Assembly (NCBI GenBank): GCA_031409335.1
Contig: JANNWY010000042.1
Span: 1 to 58,597, forward strand
Direction: 5' to 3'
DNA length: 58,597 nt
Source of the DNA: Chthoniobacteraceae bacterium
GTDB lineage: Bacteria > Verrucomicrobiota > Verrucomicrobiia > Chthoniobacterales > Chthoniobacteraceae
The notes under the pieces: generated by a model
The model's database searches: none
Told to the model about the DNA's origin: nothing
Seen by the model: the letters and a program-made list of their open reading frames with translations, nothing else
Part shown: piece by piece, positions 1-10,347 of the stretch
How the letters are laid out: each line of letters starts with the position of its first letter
How positions within the stretch are numbered: the first letter of the stretch is position 1
Translations under genes and position numbers: made by a program

Positions 1-135
1 CGGGCGTGGCTTCGGGTAACTCTCCTGCAAGCACCCAGAGTTCTTTTTGTTTTTCGCTGTCTTCGCGTCGCTCAAACATATTGCCTCTATCTATCCTTCT
101 AGCTCTGCCTTGTTGGAAGGTTTTTCAACAGGCTG
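1..135 (-). mobile_element. Left end of an insertion sequence (IS5/IS1182-like): terminal inverted repeat plus the first 26 codons of a transposase, truncated by the window edge
   Basis: Minus strand reads TTAA-CAGCCTGTTGAAAAA (139..121), a typical IS terminal repeat. ATG at 79 opens MFERREDSEKQKELWVLAGELPEATP, resembling the 'Q.ELWV...ELP..P' N-terminus of IS5/IS1182-type DDE transposases. Confidence 0.65.
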
Positions 136-438
136 TTAAGCTGACCACGCTCCAATGAGGTATGCGGTTCTAACGTCATGAAAAGAGAAAGGGTGAGTCC
201 GTGCATGTGTGCAGGAAAACTGAGACGTACACGATAGTAACAATTCGGTGACGCGAGTGAATGTGGATTTTGCACATATGGACGGACTGACCCTTTCCCT
301 TAAAAATCACGGGCCGAATCGATTAAGCCAATCAACAGCGTTCCGGCGAACCCGCCATCGCTGTAGTTGCCGGCGGGGTCCATGCGGTTTGCGCACTGTT
401 GGCGCGGCGGATTCGGGATTGAGCGGTATTGTCGCGCG

Positions 439-900
439 TTATTTCGCGGCGGGCTTGAAGCCGTCCAGCTTTGCGATGAAAGCCGCCGGGCCACCGGCGA
501 GATAACCGCGCTGCCGGCCAAGTTCCTTTCCGTCCTTGTCCACGATCACAAAAGTTGGGAATCCTTTCGCATCGAATTTTGTCTGGAGCTCGGCGTTCTG
601 TTTTTTGACCTCCTCGCTCTGTTCCTTCTTCCTGGGGAAATCGACTTCCACGAGCACGAGATTTTTTGCGGCGTAATCGGTGAATTCTTTCTGGCTGAGC
701 GTTTCCTTCACCATCTTGATGCACCAGCCACACCAATCGGACCCGGTGAAATCCAGGAGCACGGCTTTGTTCTCAGCCTTCGCCTGTTCGAGGGCTTTAT
801 TGTAGTCAGTCAACCAGGTTCCGTCTGCTGCATGGGCGGCGCCAGTGATGAGCGCGGCGCTCGCGAGGGCAATGAAACTGCGGAGTATTTGCGTTTTCAT
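439..900 (-). CDS. Exported thioredoxin-family protein (Thioredoxin_7/DsbD-gamma-like)
   Basis: Signal peptide MKTQILRSFIALASAALITGAAHA; DFTGSDWCGWC CxxC motif; GFPT cis-Pro loop. Confidence 0.9.
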   Translation of the reverse strand: MKTQILRSFIALASAALITGAAHAADGTWLTDYNKALEQAKAENKAVLLDFTGSDWCGWCIKMVKETLSQKEFTDYAAKNLVLVEVDFPRKKEQSEEVKKQNAELQTKFDAKGFPTFVIVDKDGKELGRQRGYLAGGPAAFIAKLDGFKPAAK

Positions 901-1301
901 AGTGATGAACCATCCGGCTGCTGTCGCGCGAACGCAATTCTCGACTTGCACGATCTCACTCTTGAATCACGCCACGTGAATCCCCACTATCGACTCATGT
1001 TCTCACGCCGCGGTTTCCTCGCGCTCTCGCTTCCCGCCACGGCTGACGTGCCTCGCGCGACGCGGGTGATTTTTCTGCCAAAACGGAACACTGGGTATGT
1101 GGAGAAGGCGCCAGACTCGCCGGGGTTACCGGTCGTGCTGGAAATCTGCATGCGACGCCGGGTTCCCGCTCGTTTTTACGACCTGCGGCGGACGGGAGCA
1201 CCAACCCCGCGGCATCATGGCCTGGCGGATGGTGCGGCTGGTTCCGTCTAAGGTTTGCATACATTTCGCATCGTTCCTGCGTAATCTGTGAACCAAATAT
1301 T

Positions 1302-2669
1302 ATGAGCACTGAGCGTTTCCAACTTCACCGACGGACATTTCTCCGCGGACTCGGCGCTTCGATCGCGCTTCCTCTGCTGGATGTGATGCGGCCGGCGCGG
1401 GCGCTAGCTGCCGCGGTCGGGGCAGCGAAGACGCCGGTGCGGATGGCGTTTCTGTTTGTGCCGAATGGGGTGAACATGAGCGCGTGGACGCCGGCGCTGG
1501 AGGGCGCGGATTTTGATTTGCCTTACACTTTGCAGCCGTTGAAGGCGCACAAACACGACATGCTGGTGCTGAGCGGACTGGCGCACGACAAGGGGCGCGC
1601 GAATGGGGATGGCGGGGGCGATCATGCGCGGTCGGCGGGGAGTTGGCTGACGGGTTCGCAGCCTTTGAAGAGCGAGGGGTCGCAGATCCGGCTGGGGACT
1701 TCGGCGGATCAGGTGGCAGCGGCGGCGATTGGGAAACAGACGCGGTTTTCCTCGATCGAACTCGGTCTGGAACCCGGACGGCAGGGGGGAAAATGCGACA
1801 CGGGTTATTCATGCGCTTATTCCAACAACATCTCGTGGATCAACGAATCGACGCCATCGAGCCGGGAGATCAATCCGCGGCTGGTGTTCGAGCGGCTGTT
1901 TTCAAATCAACTGCCGAAGGAAGTCGGCGAGAGTCAGGCGCGGCGTCAGCGTTACAAAAAGAGCATTCTCGATTTCGTGCGAGAAGATGCGAAGGCGCTG
2001 GGGTCGCGCGTCGGCGGGAGCGACAAGCAGAAGCTCGACGAGTATCTGGCGTCGGTGCGGGAGATCGAGATGCGGGTGGAAAATGCGGAACGCATGGTGG
2101 CGGCGGAGGCGCCGGTGATCGCGCCCGGTTACGAGATTCCCGAGGGTATTCCAGAGAGCTACGAGGATCATGCGCGGCTGATGATGGACATGCTGGTGCT
2201 GGCGTTTCAGACGGATGTGACGCGGGTTTGCACGTTCATGCTCGCGAATGAGGGCTCGAATCGCAGCTACCGGAACATCGGCGTGCGCGACGGGCATCAC
2301 TCGCTGTCGCATCATCAGGGCGATGCCGCGAAGCTGGAGAGGATTCGCGACATCAATCATTTTCACATGCAGCAGTTCGCGTATTTGCTCGATCGGCTGA
2401 AGGGGATTCGCGAAGGGGACGGCACGCTGCTGGACAATTCGATGATCGTGTATGGGGCGGGGCTCGCGGATGGAAACCAGCACGCGCACGATAATCTGCC
2501 ACTACTAATGGCGGGGCGGGCCGGGGGAAAGGTCACGCCGGGGCGGCACCTGCGCTACAGCGCGGAGACGCCGATGTGCAATCTGCTCGTGTCGATGCTG
2601 GAGCGCGTGGGTGCGCCGGTGGCGAGTTTTGGAGACAGCACGGGCGCGCTGCGCGGGCTGGATGCGTAG
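1302..2669 (+). CDS. DUF1552 (HXXSHH) domain protein, Tat-like N-terminus
   Basis: LHRRTFLRGLG...ALPLLD start; PNGV; CDTGYSCAY; GHHSLSHH; EGDGTLLDNS; H.HDNLP motifs. Confidence 0.9.
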   Translation: MSTERFQLHRRTFLRGLGASIALPLLDVMRPARALAAAVGAAKTPVRMAFLFVPNGVNMSAWTPALEGADFDLPYTLQPLKAHKHDMLVLSGLAHDKGRANGDGGGDHARSAGSWLTGSQPLKSEGSQIRLGTSADQVAAAAIGKQTRFSSIELGLEPGRQGGKCDTGYSCAYSNNISWINESTPSSREINPRLVFERLFSNQLPKEVGESQARRQRYKKSILDFVREDAKALGSRVGGSDKQKLDEYLASVREIEMRVENAERMVAAEAPVIAPGYEIPEGIPESYEDHARLMMDMLVLAFQTDVTRVCTFMLANEGSNRSYRNIGVRDGHHSLSHHQGDAAKLERIRDINHFHMQQFAYLLDRLKGIREGDGTLLDNSMIVYGAGLADGNQHAHDNLPLLMAGRAGGKVTPGRHLRYSAETPMCNLLVSMLERVGAPVASFGDSTGALRGLDA

Positions 2670-4878
2670 GGGCACGGAGCGGCGGACGCTTGCCCGCGGA
2701 GTCTTTGCGGCGTGGCTTTGCGCGGGGTCGGCGGGCGCGGCGGATGTGGCCGTTCTTTCCCAGGAACTCGGAGCGGCAAACGTCGCGGTGCGGCGCGATG
2801 CGGCATACACGCTCAATCGGATGGGAGTGGAGGCGAAGGCGGCGCTCCCGGCGTTGATCCGCGCGCTTGGCGATGCCGACAAGCAGGTCTGGTCGTTTTC
2901 GATCTCGGCGATCGCAAATCTCGGCCCCGATGCGAAGGATGCGATTCCGGCGTTGATCGACGGGCTTGGCAGTTCGCGAGCGCGCGGGCGGGAGCGGGAT
3001 CGGCGGCAGTCTGTGACGCGCGCCGCGTTTGCGCTTTCGCGGATCGGCGCGGCGGCGGTCCCGGCACTGAGCGATGCGCTGAAGTCCGACGATGACGGCC
3101 AGCGGGCCGGGGCGGCGCAGGCGCTCGCGGGAATGGGCGGCGCGGCGGCACCCGCGATTCCCGCTTTGATCGAAAATCTGAAGGGAGCCGATGAAGTCCG
3201 CCAGGAAAGCGCGGAGGCGCTGGGTGCGATCGGCGTGGCGGCGGTGAAGCCGCTGATCGATGCGGTGAAGTCGGCCGATGCGCGGGAGCGTGCCGGTGCG
3301 GTGATGGCGCTCGGGTTTGCGGGAACTGTGGCGAAGGAGTTTGCGCCGACGTTTCTCGAACTGCTGAAAGCGGAAGGCGATCCGCAGGTGCGGGTCGCGC
3401 TGCTGTCCGCGATTCCGAAATTCGCGATCCCTCCAGAGGAAGCGGCGCCTTTGCTCGCAGTCGCGATCAAAGACGATGACGAGCAGGTGAGGCACGCGGC
3501 GATCAATGCGCTGGTGCCGTTGCGTGGGGCTCGAGAACTCGCGCTCCCGGCACTTTCCGCGATGTTGAAGGACGAAAGCGCCACCATTCGGCAGCGTGCC
3601 GCGCGGGCGCTGGGACGGATGGGACCGGGCGCGGCGCAGGCGGTGCCGGCACTGATCGAGGCCGGGAAATTGTCGCCGGGAGATGCGTCGATTGCCGGGG
3701 CGCTTTCGGAAATCGGGCCAGCGGCGCTGCCGGCGCTGCTCGCGCAATTGCGCGATGCCCCCGCGCCGGATGCCGAGCGACTTTTCGGGCTTTTGCGCGG
3801 ATTCGGTGCGCCAGCGGTGCCGGTTTTGAAGGAAGCGATGAAGCATCCGGCGTCGGAAGTGCGCGCCTCGGCGGCGCGGACGCTGGGCGGGATGGGGAGC
3901 GATGCGAAGGGTGCCGTCGAGTTGCTGTTTGCGCAGGCCACCGATGCGGATGCGCGCGCCCGGGCCGCGGCGTTGCGTGCGCTGGTGGCCTTGGAAGCGG
4001 ATTCGCAGCGTTTGAAACCGACGCTCGAATCCGCGCTGAAGGATTCCGCGCCCGAAGTGCGCCGCGCGGCTGCGGCGGGTCTCGCGGGTTCCGGCGGTGG
4101 CAATGGACTCGGAGTGGCGGGTCTCGTTGATTTGCTCGACGACGAAAACGCCGCGAGCCGTCGTTCCGCGGTCGATGAACTCGGTAAGATGGGCGCGCCG
4201 GCAGCGGCTGCACTGCCAGCGTTGTTGGAACGGCTGACAGATCCGGAACTTCAATTGCCCGTGATTTCCGCGATCGGAAAGATCGGCCCGGCGGCGTCGG
4301 CGACTGTTCCACGGCTGGTCGAGTTGACCGCGGGCGGTGCGGTGCCGCAGCGCGTGGCAGTGCTGGCTGCGCTGGCCGGGATTGGGAAGACAGCCTCGGC
4401 GGCGCTTCCGCTCGTCCATGCCGCGGTGAAGGACGACGAGGGCGACGTGCGCGTCGCTGCCGTGTCGGCGGTGGCGGCGATCGAGAGCGATGAGTCGAAA
4501 GTGATCGCGATCCTCGTGGAGGCGCTGGCGGATCAGAGCGGACGCGTCCGGCGTCCGGCTGCGGCGGCATTGTCGAAATTTGGCGAGCGTGCCCGCGTTG
4601 CGACGCCGGGATTGGTGTCGATGCTGGAGCGGGACAACGAGCGCGGAGTGGCGCTGCTGGCGATGAAGGTGATCGGGGTCCGTTCCGTGCCGGATTTACT
4701 GCGCGCGCTCACCATGCGAGAGCCGCAGGTCCGGGTCTTTGCGTGTGAACAACTGGCGAGTCTTGGAGCGGAGGCAAAGGAAGCGATCCCGCGTCTGAAG
4801 GAGCTTTCAGAAGGTCAGCCCAAAGCCGTCGAGGAAGCCGCGCGCGGTGCGCTGGCGAAGATCGAGTCAACGCCGTAA
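2662..4878 (+). CDS. HEAT/PBS-lyase repeat protein, probably exported
   Basis: Many 'A.PAL..AL.D....VR..AA.ALG' repeats. The ATG at 2662 overlaps the DUF1552 stop; the start is approximate. Confidence 0.85.
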   Translation: MRRGTERRTLARGVFAAWLCAGSAGAADVAVLSQELGAANVAVRRDAAYTLNRMGVEAKAALPALIRALGDADKQVWSFSISAIANLGPDAKDAIPALIDGLGSSRARGRERDRRQSVTRAAFALSRIGAAAVPALSDALKSDDDGQRAGAAQALAGMGGAAAPAIPALIENLKGADEVRQESAEALGAIGVAAVKPLIDAVKSADARERAGAVMALGFAGTVAKEFAPTFLELLKAEGDPQVRVALLSAIPKFAIPPEEAAPLLAVAIKDDDEQVRHAAINALVPLRGARELALPALSAMLKDESATIRQRAARALGRMGPGAAQAVPALIEAGKLSPGDASIAGALSEIGPAALPALLAQLRDAPAPDAERLFGLLRGFGAPAVPVLKEAMKHPASEVRASAARTLGGMGSDAKGAVELLFAQATDADARARAAALRALVALEADSQRLKPTLESALKDSAPEVRRAAAAGLAGSGGGNGLGVAGLVDLLDDENAASRRSAVDELGKMGAPAAAALPALLERLTDPELQLPVISAIGKIGPAASATVPRLVELTAGGAVPQRVAVLAALAGIGKTASAALPLVHAAVKDDEGDVRVAAVSAVAAIESDESKVIAILVEALADQSGRVRRPAAAALSKFGERARVATPGLVSMLERDNERGVALLAMKVIGVRSVPDLLRALTMREPQVRVFACEQLASLGAEAKEAIPRLKELSEGQPKAVEEAARGALAKIESTP

Positions 4879-4919
4879 GCGCTCGTCCTCAAACGGCGGG
4901 ATGACCACAGCGATCCGAC

Positions 4920-5705
4920 TTACTTGTTCGGATTCTCGTTCTCTTCGGTCGATTTGCCCCAGATGATGTCACCTGGTTGTACCGGCCATTTGAATTGGCC
5001 ATTTTCCTCAAGGATGTCTTTTCCTTCGACCAATTCCGCGTGGCCATCCACAAAAGTCAGATACCCGAACCCGTTGTAACGGGCCGCAAACGATTTTGCA
5101 CTGCCCTTGGGGCTACCATCGTATTTCGGCTGTTGGGGCATCGCCTTTTTATCGTTCTTCAGACCCTGTTCGAGGAATAGAACGGTTCGTCCTGGGTTCG
5201 CAATTTGAGACAGCCGGGCGGATTTCTCATCCCCATTTTCGTTCTTCCGTTGCAGCTTGGTATTGATCGCAATCGCGAAGAGGGGTGAAGCGAGCTTTTT
5301 ATCAGACTCTGGATACTCCGCAGCAGGAAGGAAGAGGATGTTTTCGCGCGAATAGAAGGCCAGTGGATTGGACGCGTATTGCGCGACGCTTTTCTGGTTT
5401 AGGATCACTGGCAGCGCGTTGTACCACGCCTTGGCATTTTCCGGCAGCGCTGCCGCAGCCCAAGTGTCCGTGCCTTTCGCATCCTCCGCTGGCAGCAAAT
5501 TGTCGTTCTGCGAACTATACGCGCCCGCAGCCGAGCCCAAGCTCTGCATATTCTTCAACGCCACTACTCTATGCGCGCGGTTTTGCATCGTGGCGATGAC
5601 CGGGAACGCGATCGCGGCCAGCACGAGGATGATGGCGATGACAACCAAGATTTCCATGAGCGTGAAGCCCATGGAGCGGCGGGAGGTCGAAGAATTAGTT
5701 TTCAC
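4920..5705 (-). CDS. Prepilin-type N-terminal cleavage/methylation protein with H-X9-DG-like C-terminal motif
   Basis: GFTLMEILVVIAIILVLAAIAFP type IV pilin N-terminus; RY...GYLTFVDGHAE near the C-terminus. Confidence 0.85.
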   Translation of the reverse strand: MKTNSSTSRRSMGFTLMEILVVIAIILVLAAIAFPVIATMQNRAHRVVALKNMQSLGSAAGAYSSQNDNLLPAEDAKGTDTWAAAALPENAKAWYNALPVILNQKSVAQYASNPLAFYSRENILFLPAAEYPESDKKLASPLFAIAINTKLQRKNENGDEKSARLSQIANPGRTVLFLEQGLKNDKKAMPQQPKYDGSPKGSAKSFAARYNGFGYLTFVDGHAELVEGKDILEENGQFKWPVQPGDIIWGKSTEENENPNK

Positions 5706-5728
5706 GGGTGCGGGGATTTTGAGGTTTT

Positions 5729-6457
5729 TTAGTCTGTCGCGAGGACGCGATTTGGGGCGGTGGAACTCAGCATGACACGGTTGTTGCCGTTGAGTTGCTG
5801 GATGGCAGCGACGAACTCTCCGGGTTTCTTGGTGTCCTTCAGATGAATATTATATCGCAACTCCGTCATCATTCCAGCCTGAATTGATTCCACCGAAAGC
5901 AGATCGAAGTCGTGCAAAAACTTCACGAATGTCTCGCGGAAAACCATGTCGTAATCGATGTCATTCGTCACCCGGACGCGGAGCCGGTGCGAGGCGCGCT
6001 GGGGGGCGAAAAGATCGGCGCTGGAGAATATATAGACGATCGCGCAGATGATGATGGTGGTGGTCGAAGCCAGCACATAGGCACGCGCGCCGACGCCAAG
6101 CCCCGCAGCCATCGCGAGGAAAAGAAAGCCAATGTCCCGCGACTGCGACACGCTCGTGCGAAATCGGATGATCGAGAACGCCGCGAAAATTCCGAACGCG
6201 GTGGCCTGTGCCATCGCCGGATTGGGATCGAAGCGCACGACCATGACGATGACCGAAACCACCGTGCCGAGGATGAGCAGCGAATGCACATAATCCTGGG
6301 TGAACTCGCTGCCCCGATAGGTGGCGCGGTAAACCGCCGCGATGAGCAGATTAAGGAAAAAGCTCAACAAGAGCGCGAAGATGATCTCTTGAAGCGGTGC
6401 GACGGGTTGGGACAGGCCGAGGGCTTGGTTTATGATTTGGTAGAGATCGTTCATCAA
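5729..6457 (-). CDS. DUF4956 membrane protein (VTC-associated)
   Basis: Hydrophobic helices; AFGIFAAFSIIRFRT...RDIGFLF motif; adjacent to the VTC gene. Confidence 0.85.
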   Translation of the reverse strand: MMNDLYQIINQALGLSQPVAPLQEIIFALLLSFFLNLLIAAVYRATYRGSEFTQDYVHSLLILGTVVSVIVMVVRFDPNPAMAQATAFGIFAAFSIIRFRTSVSQSRDIGFLFLAMAAGLGVGARAYVLASTTTIIICAIVYIFSSADLFAPQRASHRLRVRVTNDIDYDMVFRETFVKFLHDFDLLSVESIQAGMMTELRYNIHLKDTKKPGEFVAAIQQLNGNNRVMLSSTAPNRVLATD

Positions 6458-6501
6458 TTCGGAGATGGGGAGTCTTGGTTGGTGGTCAGGTGGTTTGAAA
6501 A

Positions 6502-7347
6502 TTACGACGCAGCGGCGATCGGGGCCGGGCCGGAGTCCGGGGCCGCATTCACGCCGGCCGCGGCCAGTGAATCCGGCGTCAGGCCGTAGTGATGCTTGAT
6601 CATGCGCCCGCCGATCTGCCGATGCAGGATGGCGTCGCCGTCTTCGAGCGCGTTGTTGTACTTGCTGTGACTTTGCAAGATGCAGTGATGCTTCCCGATC
6701 ATCTGCGTGAGCCAGTAGGGCACCGTGCCAGTGACTTTCACCTCCATGACGGAATAGCCGTCCGGCAGCAGGAAATGCTCGAAGCGGCGATCATCGGGAA
6801 CGACGTGCAAGTTATCGAAGCGATACGCGATTCCGGTATCGAACGTGACCCGCAAATCCGATTCCGGATCCCGATCCGCGAAAGCGTGGCGGTCGTAGCG
6901 CATCGCGCAGCACGGCACGAAATGCCGCTCGTTCACGAGCGTGTGAATTTCCTCGACGAGCCTGCGGTCGAGAACCTTCGCGCGTGGCGCAATGTCGCGA
7001 CCGGCGGAGACTTCGTAGGCTTCATCCAGCGTGCAAAGCAACCGGCGCTTCACGCCGCGCCCATCGCACTTGTGCTTGATCTCGACAAAAATCGTCGGCG
7101 GCAATTTGCCGTCCTGACTCCCGTAAACCCGCACCCGCATCTTTCGCCGGTTCTGATACTGCTCGACCTTCTCCCAGTAGCACGCGCGCTCCAAGCTGTC
7201 GTAGTAAAGGCTCACGATCGGGTAGAACGCGCCGTCCACCGCATTCTCGTCCGCTTTCATCCGCGGCGTCGTATCCTGCTCCAGTGCCTCACGCTGTTCG
7301 CGCGTGATGACGAATTTCATTTCAAATCGGTCGAGTCGATAGCTCAA
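6502..7347 (-). CDS. VTC (polyphosphate polymerase)-domain protein
   Basis: RFEMKF, SLYYDS, RRKMRVRVY, FVEIKHK, YDRHAF, LRVTFD, VMEVK and SKY motifs. Confidence 0.88.
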   Translation of the reverse strand: MSYRLDRFEMKFVITREQREALEQDTTPRMKADENAVDGAFYPIVSLYYDSLERACYWEKVEQYQNRRKMRVRVYGSQDGKLPPTIFVEIKHKCDGRGVKRRLLCTLDEAYEVSAGRDIAPRAKVLDRRLVEEIHTLVNERHFVPCCAMRYDRHAFADRDPESDLRVTFDTGIAYRFDNLHVVPDDRRFEHFLLPDGYSVMEVKVTGTVPYWLTQMIGKHHCILQSHSKYNNALEDGDAILHRQIGGRMIKHHYGLTPDSLAAAGVNAAPDSGPAPIAAAS

Positions 7348-7459
7348 GAGTAGGGGAATTTGAAGAGGACGGGAAAAAACGAAGCGGTGTAATGACGATG
7401 CGCCAACAAAATTGCAACCGTGAAATATTGCGAAAATGTCACAAACTCATGACCTGCGT

Positions 7460-9598
7460 CTATTCGCCGCCGAAGAACTTCTTAAACGACCGGAAGATAC
7501 TCTGCGGGACCGAGCGCTTTGGCTTTGCCTCCGTCAGCGCCCCGCCGCGATGCACCGAGCACAAATCGCGGGGCATGCACGAAGGCGGCAGGTCGATCAT
7601 ATAAGATGCATCCGCATGGATGCACGCCTCGGTCGCCAGTTCGTTTGAAATCGCGCACACGCCGACGCGCCGCACGTTCGCGGGTTGCGGAAAAGCGTTC
7701 GCCGGATACCGCGCCGCCGGTGCGGCCTTCATCACGTCCACCCAGATCGGCAACGCAAGCGCCGCGCCGGATCCCTTCGGCACGATCGTCTTCGGCGTAT
7801 CCAGCCCGACCCACACGCCGCACGTCAGGCTCGTCGTGTATCCGACGAACCACGCGTCCACATAGTCATTCGTCGTCCCCGTTTTACCCGCCGCCGGTTT
7901 TGCAAAACCCATCTGCCGCGCGCTCGCTGCCGTCCCTTTCTCGATCACCTTGCTTAAAATACTCGTCGTCATCCACGCCACTCCCGCATCCATCGCCGGG
8001 CGCGAAATATGGGCCGCGCGATAAATGGTCTCACCGCTCGCATCGTCGATCCGCTCGATCAAATACGCCTGCCGCCGCACCCCGCCATTCGCCAGCACCG
8101 TGTAAGCCGCCGTCAGATCCCGCACCGTCGCCTCGAATGTCCCCAAATAAATCCCCGGAATTTGCGGCACATCCGCCAGCCCCGCCTCGCCCGCCAGTTT
8201 CGCGATCGCGGGCAAACCCGCGCGCTCGCCGATCCGCACACTCATCGTATTGCGCGAAAGGATCAGCCCCTCGTCCACCCGCAGCACACCCTTGTTCGAC
8301 CGATCCGAATTATCCGGCGTCCAATCCGGCGCGCCCTTCACCTCGCCGCGCCCCAGCGGCGCATCCGACACCGTCGCCCCCGGCAGCATCCCACGATCAA
8401 ACGCCGCCGCGTACACGAACGGCTTGAACGTCGAGCCCACCTGACGCTTCGCCATGAACGCCCGGTTCAGCTTACTCTCCGCATAGTCCCGCCCACCCAC
8501 CAGCGCGCGGATGCCCCCGCTCCGATTGTCGATCGCCACCAGCGCGCCCTGCAAATACGGCGTCGGCAATTCCTCCTCCTTCGCCTCCTGCGAGAAGTCC
8601 GCCCGCCGCGGATGCCCATAGCCCGCGCGCGATTCCACCTTCCGCAGCTCCCCATCCATCGCCGCCTCCGCCGGTCGCTGCACCGCCGGATCGAACGTCG
8701 TGTAAATCTTCATCCCGCCCTCCGCCCGCTGCTCATCCGTCAGCAGGATGTTCAGCTCCCGCTCCACCGCATCCATCGCGTAGTTTTCATGCACCAGCGC
8801 CACCCGTTTTCCCGCCACGCCCAGCCGCGCTTCCTGCGCCACGCGCGATTCCGCATCCGTGATTTTCTCCAGCTTCACCATCCGCGCCAGCACCTGATCC
8901 CGCTGCTTCAGCGCCCCCTTCAGATTGGTGAAAGGCGAAAAGTAAGATGGCGCGCGCACGATCCCCGCGATCATCGCCGACTCGCCCAGCGTCAGCTTCG
9001 ACGCACTTTTTCCAAAGTACGAAAGCGACGCCGTCTCGATCCCATATCCACCCGGCCCGAAATAAATCCGGTTCATGTAATGATCGAGGATTTCCTCCTT
9101 GGAATACGCCTGCTCGATCCGCAACGCCACGAACGCCTCCAGCAGCTTCCGATGCAGCGTCTTCCCCCCGAGCGGGAAAGAATTCCGCGCCAGTTGCTGC
9201 GTGATCGTGCTCGCCCCCTCCGACGCTTTCCCGCGCGAAAAATTCCGCACCAACGCCCGCGCGATCCCCACCGGATCGATCCCCCGGTGCCGGTAAAATC
9301 GCGAGTCCTCCCGTGCAAGCAGCGCGTCCTTGAAATTCCGCGCCACCGCATCCCCCGGCACCACGATCCGATTCTCGCCCGCCAGCCGCGAAAAAATCTT
9401 CCCGTCCATGTCGAACACCGTCGAGCGCTCCCGCATCTGCTTCACATCCTCCAGATTGAAAGTGGAAGCCCACATCGCATACACCACGCACACTGCCGCA
9501 AAAATCAGAAACGCCCCGATCAGCGCGCGCAGCCACCAGCGGCGGTGGGGACGCGATTTGTTGCGTCGGGTAGATTTGGATTTGCGGGAACTAGCCAA
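7460..9598 (-). CDS. Class A penicillin-binding protein (PBP1A family; transglycosylase + transpeptidase)
   Basis: EDSRFYRHRGID and GASTITQQLARN (TG); GSTFKPF (SxxK), SRN, KTGTTN (TP). The TTG start is approximate; the ORF track start at 9835 overlaps a divergent gene. Confidence 0.93.
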   Translation of the reverse strand: MASSRKSKSTRRNKSRPHRRWWLRALIGAFLIFAAVCVVYAMWASTFNLEDVKQMRERSTVFDMDGKIFSRLAGENRIVVPGDAVARNFKDALLAREDSRFYRHRGIDPVGIARALVRNFSRGKASEGASTITQQLARNSFPLGGKTLHRKLLEAFVALRIEQAYSKEEILDHYMNRIYFGPGGYGIETASLSYFGKSASKLTLGESAMIAGIVRAPSYFSPFTNLKGALKQRDQVLARMVKLEKITDAESRVAQEARLGVAGKRVALVHENYAMDAVERELNILLTDEQRAEGGMKIYTTFDPAVQRPAEAAMDGELRKVESRAGYGHPRRADFSQEAKEEELPTPYLQGALVAIDNRSGGIRALVGGRDYAESKLNRAFMAKRQVGSTFKPFVYAAAFDRGMLPGATVSDAPLGRGEVKGAPDWTPDNSDRSNKGVLRVDEGLILSRNTMSVRIGERAGLPAIAKLAGEAGLADVPQIPGIYLGTFEATVRDLTAAYTVLANGGVRRQAYLIERIDDASGETIYRAAHISRPAMDAGVAWMTTSILSKVIEKGTAASARQMGFAKPAAGKTGTTNDYVDAWFVGYTTSLTCGVWVGLDTPKTIVPKGSGAALALPIWVDVMKAAPAARYPANAFPQPANVRRVGVCAISNELATEACIHADASYMIDLPPSCMPRDLCSVHRGGALTEAKPKRSVPQSIFRSFKKFFGGE

Positions 9599-9731
9599 GG
9601 GTGAAGCGGGCAATCTCAAACACCACTGCCCGCGCTCCAAGAAGAAAGAAACGAGGTCAACCTCGCGCTCCGCTTCCGACCAAATCGCATTCGCTGGCGC
9701 TCGCCGACGACTCGGCCATATCATTCCCACC

Positions 9732-10343
9732 ATGCTGCCGACCCTCCTCAACCGCACCACCTTCCTTTCCCTCCTTCTCGTCCCCGGATGCGCCACCGAC
9801 AGCCGCGCCGAGCAGTTCGTGCTCTTCGACGTCACCTTTCCCTACACCAAAGCCGACGCCGACAACGCCAAGCCCAGCCAGTCGCACTACTACGTCAAAA
9901 GCGACCGCCTCAACGCCGAGCGACCGAAGGACTGGACCGCCCCCGTGGACTACCGCAACGGCACCGTCCATGTGCGCCTCGAAGTCATCGAGAAACCCGC
10001 AGGCAGCAAGCCCACCACCTGGAGCGTCTGTTACATCCCTTACAAGGGGCAGAACAAGGGCTACGGCTGCCTCGGCATCAGCGCTTACAAGGAGCCCGGT
10101 GTGCATGAACAGGACATCGCCATGACAAAGTTCTGGCAAAACAACGACATCGTCTGGAGCGAAGGCATCAAGCAAATGGACCTCGTCCTCAAGGACGGCA
10201 CCGGCACCAAAGCCCACACCCGCCCCGACCCCGAGAAGTTCTTCCCCACCAAGATCCGCCTGACCCTCATCCAAGTCTCCGCCGGGGCGAAATACGATCC
10301 GACACTGGTGCCGAATCTGCCGGCGGCGGGTGAGAAGAAGTAG
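9732..10343 (+). CDS. Hypothetical exported protein / lipoprotein
   Basis: Hydrophobic N-terminus ending LLVPG-C; strong coding-like codon bias; no family recognised. Confidence 0.7.
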   Translation: MLPTLLNRTTFLSLLLVPGCATDSRAEQFVLFDVTFPYTKADADNAKPSQSHYYVKSDRLNAERPKDWTAPVDYRNGTVHVRLEVIEKPAGSKPTTWSVCYIPYKGQNKGYGCLGISAYKEPGVHEQDIAMTKFWQNNDIVWSEGIKQMDLVLKDGTGTKAHTRPDPEKFFPTKIRLTLIQVSAGAKYDPTLVPNLPAAGEKK

Positions 10344-10347
10344 GCGG

